This document shows, one piece after another, positions 48,568 through 57,465 of a DNA stretch of 64,000 nt. Under the pieces are notes generated by a model, which saw only the letters and a list, made by a program, of their open reading frames with translations, was not told the origin of the DNA and searched no databases. The DNA lies in the NCBI GenBank assembly GCA_944363525.1, contig CALVUF010000007.1, forward strand, positions 29,402 to 93,401, written 5' to 3'. The stretch is from an uncultured Bacilli bacterium (GTDB lineage Bacteria; Bacillota_I; Bacilli_A; RFN20; CAG-826). Each line of letters starts with the position of its first letter. The first letter of the stretch is position 1. Made by a program: the position numbers and the translations under genes.

Positions 48568-49522
48568 ATGATCGATATCGTTGATTTTTCTAATTGCCCC
48601 CCTAAGTGACCGCGATCTTTCTTATGAAGGACGGTCCGGACCAAAACGAGGGATTGTTTATCGAGGGACGAAATGGATTCTCAAATTCCCTAAAAGAGGG
48701 CCTTTGATGAGAGAGGTGAATGGTCTTTCGTATGTGACGTCCCCTTTATGCGAGTTCATTGGAAGCCACGTTTTCTCGATATTGGGATACGAAGTCCAAG
48801 AAACCGTTATGGGCGTCTGCTTTGCTGACCACAAGATGATTCCTGTTTGTGCCTGCAAAGATTTTATCGGCGATGATACGAACGAATAACTGATCCACTA
48901 CACCGCCTTGCGGAATGATACCAATGATGTCGTGGCGGAACGCAATGACCGAAGGTTTTTCCCGGCTTCGAATTTAAAAGAAGTCATTTTCCAATTGGGC
49001 AATAATAAGGTCCTAAAGAATTTGCCTGGCGCGAAAGAGCGGTTTTGGGACGAAGCGGTCATTGACCTGCTTATCGATAACGACAGCCGCCATGATGGCG
49101 ATTGGGGCGTATTGAAATTCCGGAAAGAGAATACCTACCGAATGGCCCCGATATACGACAATGGGAATTCTTTTTACGGCAAACATACGGACTCGAAAAT
49201 TGCTTCGATTTTGAGTGACGAAGAGAAGTTAATGGCGAGTTCTCTTAATGGGTTTACCGCTTACGAAAATGATAATGGCGAACGGATTCGCAACGATGCT
49301 TTCTTGGGAATCGACAACCCGGATTTGCAAGCGGCCATCGTTAGCGTTTATAAGAAATGGGTCGATAGCGAGCCGATGATTAAGGATTTCATTATGTCCA
49401 TCCCGAGCGAAAGCCACGGACTATTGATCATGAGCGATTTGCGTAAGCGCTTTTACATTGAATCGATGGAGCTTCGCTTCAAACACTTATTGGAACCCCA
49501 GTATCAGAAGATAGTTGGCTGA
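48568..49522 (+). pseudogene. HipA/CtkA-like kinase pseudogene
   Basis: WILKFPK, EFIGSH, DLLIDN.SRH.GDWG and APIYDNG motifs; +1 frameshift in the C6 run at 48597-48602 and in-frame TAA at 48887-48889. Confidence 0.82.
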
Positions 49523-49612
49523 TTCTGTGATCGTCATTTAAGCCCTTGGAGTCTCCTTTTCTCCCTAATGTCAGCCTTCTTTTCAACGCCGGAAAATCTC
49601 GGGTTCAGGATT

Positions 49613-49739
49613 TTGGAAAAATAGCCAAAATGGGCCTCCGAAGTATTGGAAAAATAGGCGAAACGGCCCCAAAATCTATTGGAAAAATAGCCGCATCCTT
49701 GTTAAATCGGATAAAAAGACGGCTAAACATCGATATTTT
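49613..49739 (+). repeat. TTGGAAAAATAG x3 at 33-bp spacing, followed by the core motif
   Basis: Units at 49613, 49646, 49679; AAAAAGACGGCTAAACATCGATATTTT at 49713-49739. Confidence 0.85.
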
Positions 49740-49788
49740 CTTTAACAATCGCCCCTTCTAAGTTTTGATGACGCCCTCAAGAGAGCGA

Positions 49789-50316
49789 TTATTGGAATTT
49801 TGCCTGATAAAACGCGAGGGCCGCCAGGGTCTTCCCGTCTTTGATGAGCCCGTCTTTTACCATTGTCTTTAAATCCGTCATCTTGATGAATCGATAATCG
49901 AGGCTCTCCCCTTCATCGAGGCGACGCTCCCCGGGCGTTAAACCTTGGGCAAGGTAAATATGGATTACCTCATCGGTATAGGCGCAGGAGGGGTACATAT
50001 CGCCAAGGTGGACCCATTGGGAGGCCTGATAGCCGGTCTCCTCGGATAGTTCCCTTTTGGCGGTTTCCATCGGGTCTTCTTTTGGATCGGCTTTGCCGGC
50101 CGGAATTTCGTATATGTCATCGCCATAGGGATAACGGAATTGCTTTTCCATCAAGACCCGTCCTTCCTCGTCGATGGCTAAGATGGCGGAGGCTTCGCAA
50201 TGGCGAATCACTTCTCTAATGGCTTTATGGCCGTTCTCTAATTCGACCTCGTCGACATAGAGGTGGAGCAACTTGCCGGAGAAGACATTCTTCGATTTGA
50301 GGGTCTTTTCTTTCAT
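49789..50316 (-). CDS. nudF: NUDIX hydrolase (ADP-ribose pyrophosphatase-like)
   Basis: QFRYP, EIPAGK.D..E.P...AKREL.EETG Nudix box, terminal IKDGKT. Confidence 0.88.
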   Translation of the reverse strand: MKEKTLKSKNVFSGKLLHLYVDEVELENGHKAIREVIRHCEASAILAIDEEGRVLMEKQFRYPYGDDIYEIPAGKADPKEDPMETAKRELSEETGYQASQWVHLGDMYPSCAYTDEVIHIYLAQGLTPGERRLDEGESLDYRFIKMTDLKTMVKDGLIKDGKTLAALAFYQAKFQ

Positions 50317-51062
50317 GTTTGAATTGTAAACCAAGATTGGGAATAGCAGGATTTAGTTTGCTTTTCCTCTGCCTCAATCTACGATCTTATGCTTCCATTT
50401 TTATTTGCTTTTTTGATTGTTACAAATATAAAAGCTCGATGAAATCCACTTTTCTAAAATTATTAGCCGTAATAAAACTACGGAACCGTAAGATATTTAC
50501 ATTTAAATGGCGGGGGATCACAAAATAGCCGTTATCAACACCAGTATCTTTTTCCTGATTGATTATTTTGGCAATAACTCGGGGTACTTCGATTCGCTTT
50601 TGAATCTATGAGTTTTTAAGACGTTATTGATAGGACCGTGGAAAACCACCGCCCAGCAAACCCATTAATCCCGCCTAATCACGTCATAAAGATTGCCTTG
50701 GCTCCCCTTTCAGACTTTCCCGTAGATGGCGTACCCCGCCGAATCTTAGGTCTTGTTATTCTTATTAGCCGATACAAGGAGGCGTGGCGTTCCTAATTCG
50801 CCGACTTGACTTTGATTTGGCATATTTTGCCGCCTCCATTGATATTTTTGAATATGGTCCGACATTGATTTTCATCAATCTTTAATTCCGTTTTTCGGGT
50901 CATTTCCATAAATCTAATGTTCAAAAAAATATACTTTCCCGATTTTATCGAATCTTTTTTAATCGATTTTCCTATAAAACAACCGATACTTTTGTTTTAA
51001 ATCTGTTGCTTTTGGTTTCCTTTGCCCGCGCGTGTATGATTGTCGGTGCTGGAGGGAGGCAT

Positions 51063-51545
51063 ATGGAAACACATCGCACCGATAACCTTAATTGGGAAGA
51101 ATACTTCATGGGCATCGCCGAGCTTTCGGCGGCTCGAAGCAAGGATCCCTCGACCCAAGTGGGAGCCTGCATCGTCGATTCGGCCAATAAGGTCGTCTCC
51201 ATCGGCTATAACGGAATGCCGCGCGGCGTCGATGACGATTCCATCCCTTGGGGGCATGGGGAAGGGCTCGACTCCAAATACCTTTACGTCTGCCATGCCG
51301 AATTCAACGCCATCCTTAATACCCGCGATGGCTCGGCCTTGAATGGATGCCGGATCTACGTCACCTTGTTCCCCTGCAACGAATGCGCCAAAGCCATCGT
51401 CCAGGTCGGGATCAAGGAAGTCATCTACAAAGACGACAAGTACCACGACCACCTCGAGGAGCAAGCCTCCCGCCGGATCCTCGACATGGCTGGGGTTAAA
51501 TACCGTCCCTACGTCGGGCGCGAGGTGAAGTTCGATGTTCGTTAA
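51063..51545 (+). CDS. dCMP deaminase
   Basis: [26 protein letters not shown] and FPCNECAK motifs; GGAGG SD. Confidence 0.93.
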   Translation: METHRTDNLNWEEYFMGIAELSAARSKDPSTQVGACIVDSANKVVSIGYNGMPRGVDDDSIPWGHGEGLDSKYLYVCHAEFNAILNTRDGSALNGCRIYVTLFPCNECAKAIVQVGIKEVIYKDDKYHDHLEEQASRRILDMAGVKYRPYVGREVKFDVR

Positions 51546-51756
51546 GCGCAACGCCTTCTATCGGATCGTCGTCATCTCGATCTGCTTTCTTTTAGTCGGG
51601 ATCTCGTTGTTCATCCCCCTTGCCGGCCAAATCGAGGAAAACCCGGTTCTTTTCTATTCGGTCTTAGGGGTGTTTCTATTTTTGTATGTCGCCTGCTGCG
51701 TTGGCAATGAGCTATATATCCACTTCCATTACAAGGGGAAAGACAAGGATGAGTGA
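51535..51756 (+). CDS. Small two-helix membrane protein
   Basis: Two hydrophobic helices; overlaps both neighbouring genes. Confidence 0.7.
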   Translation: MFVKRNAFYRIVVISICFLLVGISLFIPLAGQIEENPVLFYSVLGVFLFLYVACCVGNELYIHFHYKGKDKDE

Positions 51757-52579
51757 GGTTATCCTTGAGGTTAACGATTTGACCTTTGGCTATACTAGCG
51801 ACGGTCAAAAAGCCCTCGATGGGCTCTCTTTTTCGATTAATAAGGGAAGTCAGGTCGCCATCATCGGCCATAACGGGTCGGGCAAGTCGACCTTAGCCAA
51901 AGCCATCATGGGTTTATTGGGATTCGATTATAACGGGACCATCAAGTTATTTGGCCAAGTGGTCGATAAGAAGAGCAAGCCGGCCCTCCGTTCGCATTTA
52001 GGCATTGTCTTTCAGAATCCCGATAACCAATTCGTCGGCAGCACCGTCGCCGATGACATCGCCTTTGGATTGGAAAATAAGCAAGTTCCTTCTTCCGAGA
52101 TGGAAGGTATCATCGAGGAATATGCTGGTTTAGCTGGGATGAAGGAGTTTCTCGACCGGGAACCGACTTCCTTATCCGGCGGACAGAAGCAACGGGTCGC
52201 CATCGCCGGGGTCTTGGCCATGCAGCCGGACCTTGTCATCCTCGATGAGGCGACCGCCATGCTCGATCCGAAGGGGAAGAAAGAGATTGCCGCTTTGATC
52301 GAGAAGGTCAAGCAAGCCAAACCTGAATTGACTATTCTCTCCATCACCCATGACATCGAGGAGGCTAAATTAGCCGATGAGGTGCTGGTCCTTAACGAAG
52401 GGAAACTGATCCTTAAAGGGACCCCGGAGGAAGTATTCGCCTCCGAGACCATCCTCGCCGATTCCCATCTCGATATCCCTTTCGCCCTTTCCTTATCCCA
52501 TGAGCTCAATAAACTGGGGGTTAAGGTAACTCCGACCCTTGATGAAAAAGAATTGATGGGGGAAATGCTATGCCGATAG
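51749..52579 (+). CDS. ecfA1: ECF transporter ATPase A1
   Basis: GHNGSGKST, FQNPDNQFVG and LSGGQKQRVAIAG motifs. Confidence 0.93.
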   Translation: MSEVILEVNDLTFGYTSDGQKALDGLSFSINKGSQVAIIGHNGSGKSTLAKAIMGLLGFDYNGTIKLFGQVVDKKSKPALRSHLGIVFQNPDNQFVGSTVADDIAFGLENKQVPSSEMEGIIEEYAGLAGMKEFLDREPTSLSGGQKQRVAIAGVLAMQPDLVILDEATAMLDPKGKKEIAALIEKVKQAKPELTILSITHDIEEAKLADEVLVLNEGKLILKGTPEEVFASETILADSHLDIPFALSLSHELNKLGVKVTPTLDEKELMGEMLCR

Positions 52580-53424
52580 ATTTTTCCTCCGTCTGCTATA
52601 CCTATTCGCCGAAGACCCCGTTGCAATACGAGGCTTTGAAGGACATCAACCTCCATATCGATGACGGGGAGTTCGTGGCCCTGGTGGGGCGGACGGGATG
52701 CGGAAAGTCGACTTTGGTGAGCCATATCAACGCTTTGCTCGTCCCTTCGAAAGGGAAGGTCAAAGTCGATGAGTTCGTCTCCTCTTCCGACAAGAAGAAG
52801 CGGAGCAAGAAGATCAGCCCCTTGCGGAAACTAGTGGGGCTGGTGTTCCAGTTCCCCGAGTATCAGCTGTTCGAGGAGACGGTTTTGAAAGACGTCAGCT
52901 TCGGGCCGAAGAATTTCGGGCGGAGCAAAGAAGAGGCGCTTGAGGATGCCAAAGAGGCGTTGTCGCTAGTAGGGCTTGGCGAATCCTTTTATGACCGTTC
53001 GCCTTTTGAACTAAGCGGAGGCGAGAAGCGAAGGGTCGCCATCGCTGGGATCCTGGCCATCCACCCTAAATACTTAGTGGTCGATGAGCCGACGGCGGGA
53101 CTCGATCCTTTAGGGGCAAAAGAGATGATGGACCTCTTCGATGAGATCCATGCTAAGGGGACGACCATCATCCTCGTCACCCATGATATGTCCTTGGTCT
53201 TGAAGCATGCCGATAAGGTGTTCGTCATGAGTGAGGGCCAAATCGCTAAGACCTGCAGCCCGATCGAATTGTTCAAAGGGGACATCACCCAATATTCTTT
53301 GCAAATCCCGCCTTTCTTTGAATTCGCCAAGCAATTGAAAGCCCAAGGGATGGATATTTGCCTTGATGATTGCGTCGATATCCCTTCTTTAGCCAAGGAA
53401 ATCGCGAGGTGCCAAAATGGCTAG
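52570..53424 (+). CDS. ecfA2: ECF transporter ATPase A2
   Basis: GRTGCGKST, FQFPEYQLFEETV and SPFELSGG motifs. Confidence 0.93.
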   Translation: MPIDFSSVCYTYSPKTPLQYEALKDINLHIDDGEFVALVGRTGCGKSTLVSHINALLVPSKGKVKVDEFVSSSDKKKRSKKISPLRKLVGLVFQFPEYQLFEETVLKDVSFGPKNFGRSKEEALEDAKEALSLVGLGESFYDRSPFELSGGEKRRVAIAGILAIHPKYLVVDEPTAGLDPLGAKEMMDLFDEIHAKGTTIILVTHDMSLVLKHADKVFVMSEGQIAKTCSPIELFKGDITQYSLQIPPFFEFAKQLKAQGMDICLDDCVDIPSLAKEIARCQNG

Positions 53425-54280
53425 TTTCGCGATTGGGCGTTATGTCCCTTATGATTCTTTTCTCCATAAGATGGATCCGCGGGCCAAGTTGGCGGCGACG
53501 ATTTTCTTAATGGTCGCCGTCTTCCTCAATTACCCGACCTGGTCGATGCGGGCCCTGATGGGCGGGGTCCTCTTCCTCTTCCTTTGCGTTTTACTTTATT
53601 GCTCAAGGATGAGCCTAAGATCGATCCTTGGTTCCCTCCGTTCCCTCTGGTTCATGATCTTGTTTTTGCTGCTCATTTACATCCTGGTCCCCAATGGGAA
53701 GGAGCCGACTTTAGGCATCGCCTGGTCGACCGGGAGTTGGACGGTGTATTGGGATGCTTTCGCCGAGGCCTTCCGGATCATGATGCGGCTGGTCATGATG
53801 ATTATGCTGACGATGGTTTTGACCGCGACCACCAAACCCTTGGATTTGACTTATGCCATCGAATGGTATTTGACTCCCTTGAAGATATTCCGCTTCCCGG
53901 CCGCCGAGATCGCGATGATCCTTTCCATCGCCTTGCGCTTCATCCCGACCTTATTGGAGGATGCCGACCGGGTCATGAAGGCCCAAGCCTCCCGGGGCGT
54001 CGACTTCAAGCATGGGCGGCTTCTCTCCCGGATCACTGGGGTCACTTCCTTGATTATCCCCCTTTTCGTCTCCTCCTTCATCCGGAGCGAGGAACTGGCC
54101 GATGCGATGGAGTGCCGGGGCTATGATCCCGAGGCCAATCGGACCCGTTATCGGAAACTTCATTTCGGATTCGGGGCTTGGATGGGGCTAGTTGTCTCGG
54201 TCTTGGTGATGGCTGGCTATATCACCGTCTCGGCGATGAACCTCGATTTCTTTGCTCTTTTGGGAGTGACGGCCTTATGA
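53417..54280 (+). CDS. ecfT: ECF transporter transmembrane component T
   Basis: HKMDPRAK, ALRFIPTL, AQASRG and AMECRGY motifs. Confidence 0.93.
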   Translation: MASFAIGRYVPYDSFLHKMDPRAKLAATIFLMVAVFLNYPTWSMRALMGGVLFLFLCVLLYCSRMSLRSILGSLRSLWFMILFLLLIYILVPNGKEPTLGIAWSTGSWTVYWDAFAEAFRIMMRLVMMIMLTMVLTATTKPLDLTYAIEWYLTPLKIFRFPAAEIAMILSIALRFIPTLLEDADRVMKAQASRGVDFKHGRLLSRITGVTSLIIPLFVSSFIRSEELADAMECRGYDPEANRTRYRKLHFGFGAWMGLVVSVLVMAGYITVSAMNLDFFALLGVTAL

Positions 54281-55032
54281 AGGTGCTGGGTTACCTTTCC
54301 TTTTTAGGACGAGCCTATTATGGGTTTCAGCGGCAGCCGAATAAGGTGACGGTCCAAGGGACGGTCGAGCAGGTCCTTTCTTCTTTGTTGGGGCAAGAGA
54401 CTTTGATCAAGGGGTGCGGCCGGACCGATGCCGGGGTCAATGCCGCCTCCTATCCTTTTGCCTTTAGGGTTGAACGAAGGGTGAATTTGACCAGGCTCTG
54501 CTCTTTGCTTAATCGGCGGCTCCCGTCTGATATTTCTTGCTCGTCCTTGCTTTATGTCGATGATAGCTTCGATCCCCGTCATAGCAGCGTTAGCAAAACC
54601 TATATCTACCGTTTCTCAATCAAGAAGAAACAGGCTTTGCGATCGGATATGGTGGCATATCTAGGCGACTACGATTTCGATTTGGCGGCTTTCAAGTCGG
54701 CTTTGCGGATTTTCAAAGGGGAGCATGATTTCTCGAATTTTACGGCCAAAAAGGAAGATATCGATGGTTTTATCCGGGTTTTGCAGCTGATTGAAGTGAT
54801 TTATGATGAAGAAGAAGGGCTGGGACAGGTCATTTTCCGATCCAACGGGTTCATGACCTATCAGATCCGTCTGATGGTCGGTTATGCCTTTCGGGTCGGC
54901 TTTCACCGTTCTACAATAGACGAGTTAGCCGCGGCTTTGGAAAAGAAGCCCCGGTGCGTCACCCATTATAAAGCCCAAGCCTGCGGTTTAACCTTGGAGG
55001 AGGTCACTTATGAGCGCATCCCGTTATTATGA
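54277..55032 (+). CDS. truA: tRNA pseudouridine(38-40) synthase
   Basis: GFQRQ, TVQG, GRTDAGV and GEHDFSNF motifs; conserved position after ecfT. Confidence 0.93.
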   Translation: MKVLGYLSFLGRAYYGFQRQPNKVTVQGTVEQVLSSLLGQETLIKGCGRTDAGVNAASYPFAFRVERRVNLTRLCSLLNRRLPSDISCSSLLYVDDSFDPRHSSVSKTYIYRFSIKKKQALRSDMVAYLGDYDFDLAAFKSALRIFKGEHDFSNFTAKKEDIDGFIRVLQLIEVIYDEEEGLGQVIFRSNGFMTYQIRLMVGYAFRVGFHRSTIDELAAALEKKPRCVTHYKAQACGLTLEEVTYERIPLL

Positions 55033-55843
55033 TTTCTGCTACCACACCCACACGAAGCGGTGCGGCCATGCCTATGGGGAGGATGAGGAATACGTCATCG
55101 CCGCGATCAAGAAAGGGATCAAGCGACTCGGCTTCTCCGACCACTGCATCTTTCCGGGGATGAAGGAGCCAGGGCAAAGAGGGAGCTTTGATATGCTTCC
55201 GGGCTACATCGACTCGGTCTTGACCTTGAAGGAAAAATATAAGGATCAGATTGAGATCTTTTTAGGCTTCGAAGCCGAATACCATGGGGGCAAGGACGTC
55301 CGTTACCTCTTTGATTTATTGAAAGGCCCTTTCGATTACTTCATCCAAGGCCAGCATAGCGGACGCAAAGGCGATAAGAGCGATTACTATGGCTCCTACG
55401 ATACCCATACTGCCAATTCGCGTTACGTTGAAGATGTCATCGCCGGCATGAACAGCGGGCTCTACGCCTACCTCGCCCATCCGGATCTATACTTGCAATG
55501 GAATAAGGAATGGAACCAAGAGACCATCGACATGGCCTATACGATCCTCAAAGAGGCCAAGCGGCTCAACATGCCGGTCGAGCTCAACTGCGGCTTCCTC
55601 CGCCGGGATAAGGTCCATCCGCCGGTCGATGACCTCCAATGGATGCATTACCCATATCCCAAGTTCTGGGAGATCGTGAAAGAGGTCGGCAACACCGTCA
55701 CCTTCGGGATCGACGCCCATTCCCCGAGCGACTTCGATCATGAGTCGGCCGATCAAGTCCTCTCAATCGCCGATAGGTGCGGCCTCACCGTCGTTGAGCC
55801 GGATATCCTTCTCCCGAAGAAAGTACTCGGTTATTTAAAGTAA
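55010..55843 (+). CDS. PHP-family phosphatase (histidinol-phosphatase-like)
   Basis: HTHT.RCGHA, GFSDH, AHPD and GIDAHSP motifs. Confidence 0.88.
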   Translation: MSASRYYDFCYHTHTKRCGHAYGEDEEYVIAAIKKGIKRLGFSDHCIFPGMKEPGQRGSFDMLPGYIDSVLTLKEKYKDQIEIFLGFEAEYHGGKDVRYLFDLLKGPFDYFIQGQHSGRKGDKSDYYGSYDTHTANSRYVEDVIAGMNSGLYAYLAHPDLYLQWNKEWNQETIDMAYTILKEAKRLNMPVELNCGFLRRDKVHPPVDDLQWMHYPYPKFWEIVKEVGNTVTFGIDAHSPSDFDHESADQVLSIADRCGLTVVEPDILLPKKVLGYLK

Positions 55844-55903
55844 AGCGAAGCCCTGGGCATTATTCCGAATTAATCAGGGATTTTGCTTTTATAATCAGAT
55901 TTT

Positions 55904-56018
55904 CAAAAAACTTCGGGGAAAAAATTTGAAAACTAGCAAAAAATTCCCCCGAAAAAATTGAAATTTATCAAAAAATTTCGGGGAAAAATTTTGCAAAAAA
56001 GACATGTTGCTATATAAT
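55904..56018 (+). promoter_or_regulatory. 32-33-bp-period box array and promoter upstream of the second AAA_14 gene
   Basis: TTCGGGGAA at 55912 and 55977, inverted-type TTCCCCCGAA at 55944, all in A-tract context; TTGCAA(55991)-N16-TATAAT(56013). Confidence 0.72.
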
Positions 56019-56024
56019 TTGGCC

Positions 56025-57359
56025 ATGTTTAAAAGAAAAATTACCAAAGATATCGAGCGGTGGGCCAACGACAATTCCCTAAAGAAGAAAGCCTTGGTCA
56101 TCAAGGGCCTTCGACAGGTTGGGAAGACCACGACCATAATGGATTATTGTCGTTCCCATTATTCCGAGATTGTCTATATTAATTTCCTTGACGATCCGGA
56201 TAAGAAAGAACTTTTTGAGGGGAATTTGACCGCTGATAGTTTACTTTCTCGGCTGCGGCTCGTTTTCCCTTCGCTTCTTTTCGCTCCCGGCAAGACCGTC
56301 CTTTTCTTCGATGAGGTGCAAGAATGCCCCCGGGCCCGTTACGCGGCCAAGCCTCTGATGTTGGATGGACGTTTTGACCTCATTGAAAGCGGTTCGCTTT
56401 TGGGCCTCCGTGGGTATAATCGGCGGCCGGCCGATATTCCCGTCGGCTTCGAGCATTGTCTTACAATGACTCCGATGGATTTCGAAGAATTTCTTTGGGC
56501 CAAGGGGGTAGGAAAAGATGTAATCGAGCAAGCAAGGCAAGCGTTCTTGTCTCTAAAACCCTTGGATCGTTTTTTGAACGACGTTTTTCTTAAATACTTC
56601 CGAGAATATGCCATCGTGGGCGGGATGCCGGAAGCGGTGACCGCCTATTTAACGCAGGGGATAGTTGGTGCGCAATCGGTGCAAAATGACATTCTCGAGT
56701 CCTATAAAGACGATTATGGTAAACATCTCAATGAGGCGGGGGATAGGAGTTTAGACCGGACTCTCCTTGGACGGATATTGGATGTCTATTCCTCTATTCC
56801 CAGCCAACTAAGCAAGGAAAACAAAAAATTCGCCTATTCCCAAGTTGGGAAAGATGGTTCGGCGCGTAAATACCTCGATGCAATACTTTGGCTCGAAGAA
56901 TATGGATTGATCAGTCGTTGCTTCAATCTAAAATCATTGCAGAGGCCCTTATCCGGTCAAATCGATGATTCAATTTTCAAGATTTTCTTCAACGACACAG
57001 GTTTATTTATGCGCAGCCTTGGGCTAGAGTCAGCCGCCGATTTGCTTAATGGGAATATTGGTATTTACAAAGGGTCGATATACGAAAACCTCATTGCCGA
57101 TTCGCTGATCAAACATTTCAAAGATCTTTATTATTATCGAAAGAACGACTCATTGGAGATCGATTTCGTGACTTCTTGCCAATCGGAAATCACTTTATTG
57201 GAAGTCAAGACCAACGATGGTCGGGCGAAGTCGCTTAAGGAAGTGCTGACCAATAAAGCGAAGTATAATGTCACGTGCAATTACAAACTTTATAATGGTA
57301 ATGTCGTTGACGGCGATCCAATAAAGCAAATCCCCTTGTACATGGTGATGTTTCTTTGA
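56025..57359 (+). CDS. AAA_14 ATPase with DUF4143 C-terminal domain (second)
   Basis: GLRQVGKT, FFDEVQ, SGSLLG, GGMPE, GSIYEN and EIDF...LEVK motifs. Confidence 0.9.
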   Translation: MFKRKITKDIERWANDNSLKKKALVIKGLRQVGKTTTIMDYCRSHYSEIVYINFLDDPDKKELFEGNLTADSLLSRLRLVFPSLLFAPGKTVLFFDEVQECPRARYAAKPLMLDGRFDLIESGSLLGLRGYNRRPADIPVGFEHCLTMTPMDFEEFLWAKGVGKDVIEQARQAFLSLKPLDRFLNDVFLKYFREYAIVGGMPEAVTAYLTQGIVGAQSVQNDILESYKDDYGKHLNEAGDRSLDRTLLGRILDVYSSIPSQLSKENKKFAYSQVGKDGSARKYLDAILWLEEYGLISRCFNLKSLQRPLSGQIDDSIFKIFFNDTGLFMRSLGLESAADLLNGNIGIYKGSIYENLIADSLIKHFKDLYYYRKNDSLEIDFVTSCQSEITLLEVKTNDGRAKSLKEVLTNKAKYNVTCNYKLYNGNVVDGDPIKQIPLYMVMFL

Positions 57360-57465
57360 TTCGACTTTTCGGCGCTAGGTAAAATCTTTGGAGTGACGTC
57401 CAACGCATCTTGAATTTCGGGGGGGGGATTTTATATCCTTTTATTTATCCATAGGGAGAAAATGC

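Noticed and set aside
49613-49690. Mini-CRISPR interpretation of the 33-bp-period repeats
   Set aside because: Repeats of ~12 bp and spacers of ~21 bp are too short, there are only three units, and no cas genes are present
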